Source: Betaproteobacteria bacterium
GTDB lineage: Bacteria; Pseudomonadota; Gammaproteobacteria; Burkholderiales; Eutrophovitaceae
Reading direction: 5' to 3'
DNA: 64,000 nucleotides
Assembly (NCBI GenBank): GCA_020346185.1
Contig: CP070775.1
Location: forward strand, 725,398 to 789,397
Part shown: positions 55,665 to 64,000 of the stretch, piece by piece
How positions within the stretch are numbered: position 1 is the first letter of the stretch
Layout of the letters: the number at the start of each line of letters is the position of its first letter
Made by a program: the position numbers and the translations under genes
Notes under the pieces: generated by a model
What the model saw: only the letters and a program-made list of their open reading frames with translations
Database searches by the model: none
Told to the model about the DNA's origin: nothing

Positions 55665-56096
55665 TTAGCGCCCTGAGCGCCAGTTGTCATCGACCGACTC
55701 GGGCGGTTGCGGCGGTGCCCCGACGTCAGCAACACTGCTCACTTTCTGATGTACTTGCCAGCCCAGTACCAGGCAGATAGCGAAAAACAGAATTCCCGCG
55801 ACCGAACCGGTAACCAGTGCATGCACCGCAACGGTCGTCATACCGGCGCGTTGCGATTCGCACCTCGACCAGTTTTCGAAAGTTGATCTGGCCAGCTCCG
55901 GAATCTGCGCCTGATCCGTATAGCGCAATTCGCTGACAAACCAGTCATAAGTCGGCACTTCGATCCGGCTTGCATCCGCATGAGACCACAGGCCGATGCC
56001 TGCCAGAAGATTGAGAATGAAACCAGCGAGGCCCAGCGCACTGAAAAACACGAGTAACTTGGTTTTCTGCCGGTCAAGCGGAGTTAACTGCGCCAA
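55665..56096 (-). CDS. Hypothetical two-TM membrane protein embedded in the acyl-CoA carboxylase cluster
   Basis: Two hydrophobic helices flank an ~80-aa loop. It starts 1 nt after the hydratase stop. I recognise no family. Confidence 0.5.
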   Translation of the reverse strand: MAQLTPLDRQKTKLLVFFSALGLAGFILNLLAGIGLWSHADASRIEVPTYDWFVSELRYTDQAQIPELARSTFENWSRCESQRAGMTTVAVHALVTGSVAGILFFAICLVLGWQVHQKVSSVADVGAPPQPPESVDDNWRSGR

Positions 56097-56097
56097 G

Positions 56098-56892
56098 TTA
56101 GTCTCCCGGCACCCAACTTGGCTTGCGTTTCTCGAGAAACGAGCGAATGCCTTCCTTGCCCTCGTCCGAGGCGCGCACTTGCGAGATGCGTCGCGCCGTC
56201 TCTTCCATCAAGGCCTGGTCCAGCGGTGAGCAAGTCATCAGATCGATCAACGATTTCGTTTTCGCGTGCGCTGCGCTTCCGCCAACCACCAGGTGAATCA
56301 ACAACTCGTCGATCTTTTCGTCGATCTTCTCTGCCGGCGCGATCTCGTGTACCAGCCCGACGCGGTACGCCTCGGCAGCAGCGAACCGTTCGCCGGTCAC
56401 CATGTAACGGCGACACGTGCGCGAGCCCATCGCTGCGACCACATAAGGTCCGATGGTCGCCGGAATCAATCCGATTTTCACCTCCGATAAACAGAACTCG
56501 GCTTCGAATGCTGCAACCGCCATATCGCAGGCTGACACCAGACCCATGCCGCCGGCAAACGCATGGCCATGCACACGCGCGATGGTTGGTTTGTTCATCG
56601 AATACAAGGTGTGCAGCATGTTCGCCAAGCCCAGTGCGTCGACGTAATTCTCCTCGGCGCTGTATTCGGACATTTTCTTCATCCAGTTCAGGTCGGCGCC
56701 AGCGCAAAAAGACTTGCCGCGTCCTGCCAGGACCACGGCCCTGACGGCGTCGTCAGCATCCAGTGAATGAAACGCTGCAGACAATTCGGCAATCATCGTT
56801 TCATTAAACGCGTTACGCACATCTGGCCGGTTCATCCAGACGACGGCAACGTCGCGATGCATCTCAATTTCAAGACTCTGATATGCGCTCAT
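56098..56892 (-). CDS. Enoyl-CoA hydratase family (methylglutaconyl-CoA hydratase-like)
   Basis: Crotonase fold: FCAGADL and GHAFAGGMGLVSACD. Confidence 0.85.
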   Translation of the reverse strand: MSAYQSLEIEMHRDVAVVWMNRPDVRNAFNETMIAELSAAFHSLDADDAVRAVVLAGRGKSFCAGADLNWMKKMSEYSAEENYVDALGLANMLHTLYSMNKPTIARVHGHAFAGGMGLVSACDMAVAAFEAEFCLSEVKIGLIPATIGPYVVAAMGSRTCRRYMVTGERFAAAEAYRVGLVHEIAPAEKIDEKIDELLIHLVVGGSAAHAKTKSLIDLMTCSPLDQALMEETARRISQVRASDEGKEGIRSFLEKRKPSWVPGD

Positions 56893-56928
56893 CCGTTTAA
56901 GTCAATATCGCTTAGTTTGAAAATGGCC

Positions 56929-58110
56929 TCAATCGAAATAAAATCGTTTGGCGACTTCTTCGAGCATCACTTCGGTGGCGCCGCCACCAATCGCTAGTAC
57001 GCGCGCGTCCCGTACCAGACGCTCGATCGGCGTCTCGCGCATATACCCCATGCCACCATGAAACTGCTGGCAGGAATACATCACTTCATTGACCAGTTCA
57101 CCGGTCAACGCCTTGAGCATCGATACTTCGCGCACACACTCTCGCTGCTGTGAAACCAGCCATGCACAGTGATACAGGAATGCCCGCGCCGCCTGTGTCT
57201 TCGCATCCAGCATCGCCAGCCGCTGGCGAATTACCTGTTTGTCAAACAGCACCCCGCCGAACGCCTTGCGTTGTTTCACCCATTGCGCCGTTAACCGCAA
57301 TGCCGTACGCGCGTGTCCAACCGCCATGGCGCCAAGTGCTATGCGCTCTATCTGAAAGTTCTTCATCACGGCATAGAACCCCTGGTTATCCTCACCCAGA
57401 AGGTTCTCAGCAGGGACACGACAACCATCAAAAACAAGCTCAGCAGTGTCCGATGAATGCCATCCCTGTTTGTTCAACGCACGGCCAACACGGAAACCCG
57501 GCATGCCTTTTTCGACAATAAACATGGACATGCCGCGTGATCCTTTCGCGGCTGGATCGGTTCTGGCCGCAACGAAGTACAGGTCAGCATGCACGCCGTT
57601 GGTAATGAACATCTTGTTGCCATCAATGACCCAGTCGTCACCATCGCGACGCGCACGGGTGCGAATGCCGGCTACATCTGAACCGGCGTCCGGCTCAGAT
57701 ATGGCCACTGCGGTGATTGTTTCGCCGGCAGTGATCGACGGCAGGTATTTCTCGATCTGCGCTTTGCTGCCCGCGTTCACCAGATGCGGCGATGCCATGT
57801 CGGTATGCACCAACACGGTGACAATGAAGCCACCGAAGGTCGACAACGACAATGCTTCCTGGAAAACGACTGAAGTCATGATGTCTGCATCCGCGCCACC
57901 GTAATCGGACGGATACATCATGCCGAGCCAGCCAAGCCTGCCCATCTCACGCAGTACTTCGCGTGGGGTGAAACCCTGCTCTTCCCATTGCTCACCAACC
58001 GGCTCGACTTCTCGCTCGAGAAAACGCGCGACCTGTTCGCGCAAGGCTTCGTGTTCCTGTGTGGTGTATGCGGTGTCTTGCATCAAATCAAACCTAGTAC
58101 TGGAATCCAA
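56929..58110 (-). CDS. Acyl-CoA dehydrogenase (second ACAD of the cluster; AtuD-like position)
   Basis: ACAD motifs (AISEPDAGSDVAG, QFHGGMGYMRETPIERLVRDARVLAIGGGATEV). It lies between the carboxyltransferase and hydratase genes, as in atuCDEF. Confidence 0.88.
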   Translation of the reverse strand: MDSSTRFDLMQDTAYTTQEHEALREQVARFLEREVEPVGEQWEEQGFTPREVLREMGRLGWLGMMYPSDYGGADADIMTSVVFQEALSLSTFGGFIVTVLVHTDMASPHLVNAGSKAQIEKYLPSITAGETITAVAISEPDAGSDVAGIRTRARRDGDDWVIDGNKMFITNGVHADLYFVAARTDPAAKGSRGMSMFIVEKGMPGFRVGRALNKQGWHSSDTAELVFDGCRVPAENLLGEDNQGFYAVMKNFQIERIALGAMAVGHARTALRLTAQWVKQRKAFGGVLFDKQVIRQRLAMLDAKTQAARAFLYHCAWLVSQQRECVREVSMLKALTGELVNEVMYSCQQFHGGMGYMRETPIERLVRDARVLAIGGGATEVMLEEVAKRFYFD

Positions 58111-58122
58111 AATCCAATGTCT

Positions 58123-59730
58123 TCACATCCGAAACACGCCAAAGCGCGTTGCCTGAATTGGCGCATTGACCGCGGCAGAAATCCCCAACCCGAGCACCAT
58201 GCGCGTCTCGGCGGGATCGATCACGCCGTCGTCCCACAGCCGTGCAGAGGCATAGTAGGGATGGCCCTGGTTCTCGTACTGTTCTAACAAGGGCGCCTTG
58301 AAAGCCGCTTCCTCTTTCGCGCTCCATTTCTTGCCAGCTTTCTCCATAGCATCGCGCTTGACGGTGGCCAGCACGCTCGCCGCCTGTTCCCCACCCATGA
58401 TCGAGATACGCGCGTTAGGCCACATCCACAGAAACCTTGGAGAATAGGCGCGCCCACACATGCCGTAATTGCCGGCACCAAAGCTGCCGCCGATGATGAC
58501 GGTAAATTTCGGCACTTGCGCGCAGGCAACGGCAGTGACCATCTTCGCACCGTCCTTGGCGATACCGCCCGACTCGTACTTCTCGCCCACCATGAAGCCA
58601 GTGATGTTCTGCAAGAACACCAACGGTATGCCGCGTTGCGCGCACAACTCGATGAAGTGCGCGCCTTTGAGCGCAGATTCAGAGAACAGAATGCCGTTGT
58701 TCGCCACGATGCCGACCGGGTAGCCAAAGATATGCGCGAAGCCCGTCACCAGGGTCGCGCCATATAGCGGTTTGAATTCGTCCAGTTCGCTGCCGTCAAC
58801 AATGCGCGCGATCACCTCTCTGACGTCGTACGGTTTGCGGGCCTCATTGGGAATCACACCATGCAGTTCATCGGTTGCATACAACGGCTCGCGTGGAGTC
58901 TGCACCTCGAGCGAAACCGATTTGCGCAGATTGAGATGTGCAACAATACGCCGCACCATCTCCAGCGCATGCTGGTCGTTCAGTGCGTAATGGTCGGCGA
59001 CGCCGGACGTACGTGCATGTACGTCCGCGCCACCAAGCGCTTCGGCGCTCACCACTTCGCCGATCGCTGCTTTGACCAGCGGGGGTCCGCCAAGAAAGAT
59101 GGTTCCCTGATTCTTGACAATGACAGCTTCGTCCGCCATCGCCGGCACGTAAGCACCGCCGGCGGTACACGAACCCATTACACAGGCAATTTGCGGAATT
59201 CCGTGCGCCGACATATTGGCCTGATTAAAGAATATGCGGCCGAAGTGTTCGCGATCGGCAAAGATATCGTCCTGATTCGGTAAATTGCCCCCGCCCGAGT
59301 CAACCAGGTAGATACACGGCAACCGGTTTTGCCAGGCAATCTCCTGTGCCCGAAGATGTTTCTTCACGGTGATCGGATAGTAAGTACCGCCCTTGACCGT
59401 TGCGTCGTTGGCAATGATGACGCACTCGCGGCCCGACACGCGGCCAATGCCGGTGATAATCCCCGCCGACGGCACGGTGTTGTCATACATGTTCCAGGCA
59501 GCTAGCTGCGACAATTCGAGAAACGGCGATCCGATGTCGAGCAACTTGCGCACGCGTTCGCGCGGCAACAGTTTGCCGCGTGCTTCGTGCTTGGCGCGCG
59601 CCGCTTCATGCCCCCCCTGGCTTACGATCGCGAACTTGTCACGCAAGTCCGCCACCAGACCACTGATACTGTCGCGGTTGGCTTTGAATTCGGCCGAGCG
59701 ATGATTGAGTTTAGTTTGAATAACCGGCAT
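58123..59730 (-). CDS. Methylcrotonyl-CoA (or geranyl-CoA) carboxylase beta subunit (carboxyltransferase)
   Basis: Two carboxyltransferase domains ([36 protein letters not shown]). Start at ATG 59730 (MPVIQTKLN). Confidence 0.9.
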   Translation of the reverse strand: MPVIQTKLNHRSAEFKANRDSISGLVADLRDKFAIVSQGGHEAARAKHEARGKLLPRERVRKLLDIGSPFLELSQLAAWNMYDNTVPSAGIITGIGRVSGRECVIIANDATVKGGTYYPITVKKHLRAQEIAWQNRLPCIYLVDSGGGNLPNQDDIFADREHFGRIFFNQANMSAHGIPQIACVMGSCTAGGAYVPAMADEAVIVKNQGTIFLGGPPLVKAAIGEVVSAEALGGADVHARTSGVADHYALNDQHALEMVRRIVAHLNLRKSVSLEVQTPREPLYATDELHGVIPNEARKPYDVREVIARIVDGSELDEFKPLYGATLVTGFAHIFGYPVGIVANNGILFSESALKGAHFIELCAQRGIPLVFLQNITGFMVGEKYESGGIAKDGAKMVTAVACAQVPKFTVIIGGSFGAGNYGMCGRAYSPRFLWMWPNARISIMGGEQAASVLATVKRDAMEKAGKKWSAKEEAAFKAPLLEQYENQGHPYYASARLWDDGVIDPAETRMVLGLGISAAVNAPIQATRFGVFRM

Positions 59731-59744
59731 CTGGCGAATACTGC

Positions 59745-60155
59745 TTACTTGGCGGCAGCCTTCTCGGTTTTTTCCCCGAGTGGTCCACCGGCTTTCTTCC
59801 AAGCGCTGAATCCACCCTCGATATGAGCGACGGGCTCAAGACCCATTTCCTGAACCGCCAGCGTGGCCAGCGCCGATCGCCACGCCGAAGCGCAGTAGAA
59901 ATAGAACTCCTTGCCGCTGCCGAATACATCCTTGTAGTAGGGGCTTTCGGGATCGACCCAGAACTCGAGCATTCCGCGCGGCGCGTGAACCGCGCCAGGA
60001 ATCATGCCCTCGCGTTGCAGCTCGCGCACGTCACGTATATCCACAAAAACTACCTCAGGATCACCGTGTCGCTTGATCGCTTCTTGCAACGGAATAGTGC
60101 GAATCTTCTCATTCGCCTCGGCAACCAATTGCTTGCAGCCTTTCCTCAATACCAT
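59745..60155 (-). CDS. Rhodanese-domain protein
   Basis: [26 protein letters not shown] ... [12 protein letters not shown] is an active-site-loop CxxxxR-type pattern. I chose the start ATG at 60155 because of a GAGAGGG RBS. Confidence 0.7.
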   Translation of the reverse strand: MVLRKGCKQLVAEANEKIRTIPLQEAIKRHGDPEVVFVDIRDVRELQREGMIPGAVHAPRGMLEFWVDPESPYYKDVFGSGKEFYFYCASAWRSALATLAVQEMGLEPVAHIEGGFSAWKKAGGPLGEKTEKAAAK

Positions 60156-60186
60156 TTCAACCCTCTCAGAATCCACCTGTTTCGAG

Positions 60187-60336
60187 CTACTTTTCAACTT
60201 GCGCCAGCCTGCGGGCGCTCCAGAAAGGTTCGCCATCGACAATTGTGACCGGCGAACCGAACCTACCTTTTCTGATGGCTGCGTCGCGCTCTTGCTTGAG
60301 CCGCTCTTCCATCTCTGACGTTTGCGTCTCAGCCAT
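60187..60336 (-). pseudogene. Possible C-terminal remnant of a DsbA-family 2-hydroxychromene-2-carboxylate-isomerase-like gene (49-codon ORF)
   Basis: Hand translation gives MAETQTSEMEERLKQERDAAIRKGRFGSPVTIVDGEPFWSARRLAQVEK. The G-FG-P-...-DGE-FWG-R motif is the usual C-terminus of that family. An in-frame stop lies 14 codons upstream of the ATG. Confidence 0.3.
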
Positions 60337-60537
60337 CGCTCGCTCGGCGATGACCCGTCGGGTGCGACCTGAAAAACATCACGCTACCGCTCAGCCCTTG
60401 GTCGGAGAATCTTTCTCGTTCGGATTCTTCGCCATAGCGTGACCGATCAAGACGGCGCAGATTAATCCAATTTCTTGTTTCGTCACGTTTTCTTCCTATA
60501 TTCCGTTAGACCTGTGTCTGTAGCGACTGCAAATCCC

Positions 60538-60681
60538 CAGTTTGTTGGGAAAAGCGTGCCGAGCAGCCCGAGTGCAAGGAGCCGCGCAGCGCGAGACGCG
60601 CCATACCAGGAGAGGTAGGCGAGGACTAAGCGGGCACGTGACATAGCAATCGGCTTGCGCAGTAGCTTTTTCGACAAACTG
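60538..60681 (-). repeat. Family-2 palindromic MITE/REP-like element (about 144 bp) abutting the thiolase stop codon
   Basis: On the minus strand it reads tgaCAGTTTGTCGAAAAAGCTACTGCGCAAGCCGATTGC...GCTTTTCCCAACAAACTG. The terminal inverted repeats are CAGTTTGTCGAAAAAGC / CAGTTTGTTGGGAAAAGC. Confidence 0.75.
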
Positions 60682-61878
60682 TCATGCCATTTCGATCGCC
60701 ATGGCCGTAGCCTCACCACCACCAATACATAGCGACGCGACACCACGCCGGGCGCCGCTCGCCCGCAACGCGCCGATTAGCGTGACCAGGATGCGTGCAC
60801 CCGAAGCACCGATCGGATGCCCGAGCGCGCAGGCACCGCCATGAATGTTTACTTTGTCATGGGCGATCGCGTGTTCTTTCATGGCCGCCATCGTGACCAC
60901 CGCGAATGCTTCGTTGACCTCGAACAAGTCGACCGTATCTGTGTTCCATCCGGTTTTGTCGAACAGCTTGCGAATCGCCGCGACCGGCGCCGTCGTAAAA
61001 AAACCCGGCTCCTGCGCATGGGTGGCATGGCCGATTACAGTCGCCAGTGGTTTTGCGCCAAGCTGCTCGGCCGTTGATTGACGCATCATGACCATTGCCG
61101 CGGCACCATCGGAAATGGAACTTGAGTTGGCCGCAGTCACGGTACCGTCCTTGCGAAATGCCGGCTTCAACAACGGAATCTTTTCGAAATTGGCCTTGAA
61201 CGGCTGCTCGTCGCGTTCGATGAAACGTTCTTCCTTGCCGGCCTTTATTGCAATCGGGATAGTTTCCCAAGCAAAGCTGCCGTTTTCGTTTGCCTGTTGC
61301 GCGCGCTGTAATGATGCGATAGCGAATTCGTCCTGCTCACTGCGGGTGAAGCCGAACTTCTCTGCACAATCTTCGGCAAAACTACCCATCAGCCGGCCCT
61401 TGTCGTAGGCATCCTCCAGCCCGTCGTAGAACATGTGATCGAGCACTTGCTGGTGCCCCATGCGGTAACCGGTGCGCACCTTCGGCAACAGGTACGGCGC
61501 ATTACTCATGCTTTCCATGCCACCGGCAACCATGATGTCATTGGTGCCGGCGACCAGCAGGTCATGCGCCAACATCGCCGCTTTCATTCCCGAGCCACAC
61601 ATCTTGTTGATGGTGGTACAACCCGTAGACAGAGGCAGACCCGCACCGAGCGAGGCCTGCCGCGCCGGTGCTTGTCCCTGACCGGCCGGCAGCACGCAAC
61701 CCATAATCACCTCCTTGATCTGTTCCGGCTTCAGCGAAGCGCGTTCGACTGACGCCCTGATCGCATGGCTGCCCAGTTCGGAAGCGGCGAAACCCTTGAG
61801 TACACCCTGCAATCCACCCATCGGCGTGCGTACTGCAGAGACGATAACTACCGGATCTTTTGCCATTGATTCCCCCAT
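60682..61878 (-). CDS. Acetyl-CoA C-acetyltransferase (thiolase II)
   Basis: Active-site Cys region INKMCGSGMKA and C-terminal NIHGGACALGHPIGASGARI. The start could be 61878 or 61866. Confidence 0.9.
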   Translation of the reverse strand: MGESMAKDPVVIVSAVRTPMGGLQGVLKGFAASELGSHAIRASVERASLKPEQIKEVIMGCVLPAGQGQAPARQASLGAGLPLSTGCTTINKMCGSGMKAAMLAHDLLVAGTNDIMVAGGMESMSNAPYLLPKVRTGYRMGHQQVLDHMFYDGLEDAYDKGRLMGSFAEDCAEKFGFTRSEQDEFAIASLQRAQQANENGSFAWETIPIAIKAGKEERFIERDEQPFKANFEKIPLLKPAFRKDGTVTAANSSSISDGAAAMVMMRQSTAEQLGAKPLATVIGHATHAQEPGFFTTAPVAAIRKLFDKTGWNTDTVDLFEVNEAFAVVTMAAMKEHAIAHDKVNIHGGACALGHPIGASGARILVTLIGALRASGARRGVASLCIGGGEATAMAIEMA

Positions 61879-61889
61879 TTTGGATTTTC

Positions 61890-63674
61890 CTAACGACGAA
61901 GCTGCGCCGGATGACTGGTATCGCGGGTTGGTCTGTTACGAAAGCGTTGTGCCTCCGGATAGGGGAACACGTCCTCCACATGTCCCACAAGAATGCGTGA
62001 CTTGGTTTGGTTCCAGAACTCCGGACCGAGCAGATCGGCATGATGCTTGTTGAAGCTTGCGCGCACCTTTTGATTGTTCAGCAGAAAAGTCCCGAACTCT
62101 TCCGGAAAAACGTCGCCCGGGCCGATCGGGTACCACGGTTCCGCCGACATTTCCTCTTCCGGCGTACGCGGCTCGGGAATGCGCCGAAAATCACACTCTG
62201 TCATGTAAGCGATTTCGTCATAATCATAGAAGACCACACGGCCATGGCGAGTAACGCCAAAGTTCTTGAACAACATGTCGCCGGGGAAAATGTTCGCCGC
62301 TGCCAGCTGTTTGATGGCCAGCCCGTAATCATCGACCGCCCGCTCGAGTTCCGCCGGCGACGCTTGGTCGAGGTAGATGTTGAGCGGTGTCATCCTTCGC
62401 TCAACATAGAGATGGTGAATCAGCAAGGTGTCACCGTCCTCCTCGATCACGGTCGGCGCGAGCGCGCGCAGTTCTTCAATCAACTCCAGCGCGAAACGCT
62501 CAATCGGCAACGCCACGTCGGTGTACTCAAGTGTATCTGCCATGCGCCCGACGCGATCATGGCGCTTGACCAGCAGATACTTGTCCTTGACCTGTTGCCG
62601 GGTGATCTCCTTCGGCGGTGAGATCTCATCCTTGATAACTTTGAACACGTACGGATAAGACGGCAAGGTAAACACCAGCATGACCAAGCCGCGAATGCCG
62701 GGAGCAACCACGAACTGGTCGCTCGAATGGCGCAGGTGGTGCAGGAAACCCCGGTAGAAGAGTGTCTTTCCGTGCTTCTGTAATCCCAGTATCGTGTATA
62801 ACTCGGCGGCCGGCTTGCGCGGCAACAAGCTGCTGAGAAAAGACACGTAGCCAGAAGGCACTTCCATATCCACGAGAAAATAGGCGCGCGAAAATCCGAA
62901 CAGAACTTCAAGCTCTGACGTTCTCAGGAGCACGCTATCGACATATACCGATCCGTCTTCATTGCGCAGAACAGGTATGGCGAAAGGGTACTCGGCATCA
63001 CCGTTGATGATCTTGCCGATGACGTAAGCACCCTTGTTGCGAAAGAAAAGTGACGACAGTAATTGCATCTGATGATTCGCCTCGAGCCGAAATGGTCGCG
63101 GCAGCCGCGCGCGCAGTGCGCTCAACAGCAAGCGCAGATCGCGATTGAGGTTTCGGAACGGGTTGCGTAAACCAAAGTCACTCAGCATCTGGTTGATCGA
63201 GGCGCGCAAACCAAACTTTGCCGGGTAGTAGCTGCGGTAGACAGGAGGGTCCGATCCGATGTGCTCGGTCGAGAGCGTCGGGCGCACAAAAATAAAGTCG
63301 TTGTGGTAATAGCTTCGATGGAGCATTCGGCAACTCACCGAGTTGAAGAACGTCTCGGCCAGTTCTGGTTGCTTGTGACTGGCAAGCAGCCCAATGTAGT
63401 GCAGCTTGACCCGCTGCCAGATCGTGTCGTCGAGCAAATCCGTATCGTAACGACGGCGCAGGTATTCCTCGCACTCGATGACGCGCTTGTCGTAAAAGGC
63501 AATGCGCTCGCGCGAGATTCGTTGCAGCTCATGCCAATCGCCTTTCTCAAACAGTGTCTTGCCATGCCGGCTGATTTCGCGAAACAACCGGTAATGGCGA
63601 TTAAAGCCGTCGAGCATTCCCTGTGCAATCAGGAATGCAAGATCATTTTGCGTTTTAGTTTCTGTGGCTGTCAT
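61890..63674 (-). CDS. aceK: Isocitrate dehydrogenase kinase/phosphatase
   Basis: Colinear with E. coli AceK (RVGRMADT, LAAANIFPGDMLFKNFGVTRHGRVVFYDYDEI, PWYPIGPGDVFPEEF). Start at ATG 63674. Confidence 0.9.
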   Translation of the reverse strand: MTATETKTQNDLAFLIAQGMLDGFNRHYRLFREISRHGKTLFEKGDWHELQRISRERIAFYDKRVIECEEYLRRRYDTDLLDDTIWQRVKLHYIGLLASHKQPELAETFFNSVSCRMLHRSYYHNDFIFVRPTLSTEHIGSDPPVYRSYYPAKFGLRASINQMLSDFGLRNPFRNLNRDLRLLLSALRARLPRPFRLEANHQMQLLSSLFFRNKGAYVIGKIINGDAEYPFAIPVLRNEDGSVYVDSVLLRTSELEVLFGFSRAYFLVDMEVPSGYVSFLSSLLPRKPAAELYTILGLQKHGKTLFYRGFLHHLRHSSDQFVVAPGIRGLVMLVFTLPSYPYVFKVIKDEISPPKEITRQQVKDKYLLVKRHDRVGRMADTLEYTDVALPIERFALELIEELRALAPTVIEEDGDTLLIHHLYVERRMTPLNIYLDQASPAELERAVDDYGLAIKQLAAANIFPGDMLFKNFGVTRHGRVVFYDYDEIAYMTECDFRRIPEPRTPEEEMSAEPWYPIGPGDVFPEEFGTFLLNNQKVRASFNKHHADLLGPEFWNQTKSRILVGHVEDVFPYPEAQRFRNRPTRDTSHPAQLRR

Positions 63675-63810
63675 CGTAAAACCATCAGCTCTCACCGCCG
63701 GGGACGCGGAGGGCAATGAAAAGAATGTGCCTTACCGGCGTCGAAGAAGATACAAGTGCCTTGAGCGCGTCTCCACTTGGCGCGATGATCGATGAAGTCC
63801 ATTTCGGGTT

Positions 63811-63850
63811 GGTTCTTCCTCTGCGTCCTCAGCGTCCTCGGCAGTGAGAG
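63811..63850. repeat. Family-1 REP-like unit (inverted orientation)
   Basis: The reverse complement of gttcttcctctgcgtcctcagcgtcctcggcagtgagagc reads gctctcactgccgaggacgctgaggacgcagaggaagaac. Confidence 0.7.
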
Positions 63851-63857
63851 CTTGAGA

Positions 63858-64000
63858 TCACTTGGTTTCGGAAAAAAGTTCGCGGCCGATCAACCACCTG
63901 CGTATCTCGGAGGTCCCCGCACCGATCTCGTACAACTTGGAGTCACGCCAAAGACGGCCGGTTGGCGTTTCATTGATGTAGCCCATACCACCGAGAGCCT
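63858..64000 (-). CDS. ivd: Isovaleryl-CoA dehydrogenase, C-terminal end (the rest lies outside the window)
   Basis: Hand translation of the minus strand gives ...[45 protein letters not shown]. The [11 protein letters not shown](I/V)RR block is characteristic of IVD. Not in the ORF track because no start lies in the window. Confidence 0.85.
   Translation of the reverse strand, partial: ALGGMGYINETPTGRLWRDSKLYEIGAGTSEIRRWLIGRELFSETK

Noticed and set aside
60483-60746. 87-aa minus-strand ORF (…SLSKKLLRKPIAMSRARLVLAYLS…) and similar ORFs at 48686..48976 and 51471..51560
   Set aside because: They are read-through translations of the family-2 repeat element. The shared peptide reflects DNA repeat identity, not a protein family.

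Overview
GC-rich proteobacterial chromosomal window. The gene order (glyS-gmhB-plsC, lptM-lysA, glnK-amtB-gshB-EIIA(Man)-ptsH-ptsI, holA-proA) suggests a beta- or gamma-proteobacterium. I support about 60 protein-coding genes, most of them housekeeping: lysA, ald, msrPQ, mgtE, metH, glnK-amtB, gshB, a permease-less PTS, holA, proA, a lipoyl-domain Lpd, nudC, and a leucine/isovalerate (liu/atu-like) catabolic cluster that unusually includes aceK. By eye I found no rRNA, tRNA, CRISPR array, transposase or integrase. All functional calls come from reading the translated ORFs and motifs; no database search was possible. The standout is a minus-strand operon at 25944-32557. It is preceded by two identical FNR/CRP-type boxes. 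It encodes, in order: a secreted protein with 36 Met in 197 residues, a five-CXXCH cytochrome c, a Tat-exported DmsA-like molybdopterin subunit with a His where DmsA-type enzymes have the third FS0 cysteine, a DmsB-like 4x[4Fe-4S] subunit, a TorD-like chaperone and a polyferredoxin. It has no DmsC/NrfD/NapC-type quinol dehydrogenase. I cannot map this gene combination to any characterised respiratory system. My leading hypothesis is a periplasmic redox system built around a regenerable methionine-rich protein. Other items worth a second look: two paralogous secreted HEXXH peptidases, translationally coupled around a DUF2214-like membrane protein; a terminator-like hairpin inside a 790-bp leader upstream of metH; a triple-frameshifted TorF-type porin pseudogene upstream of a textbook NtrC/sigma54 glnK promoter; two families of intergenic repeats, one of which (palindromic, about 145 bp) repeatedly abuts stop codons; and small gene remnants (qor, DsbA-like) next to those repeats.
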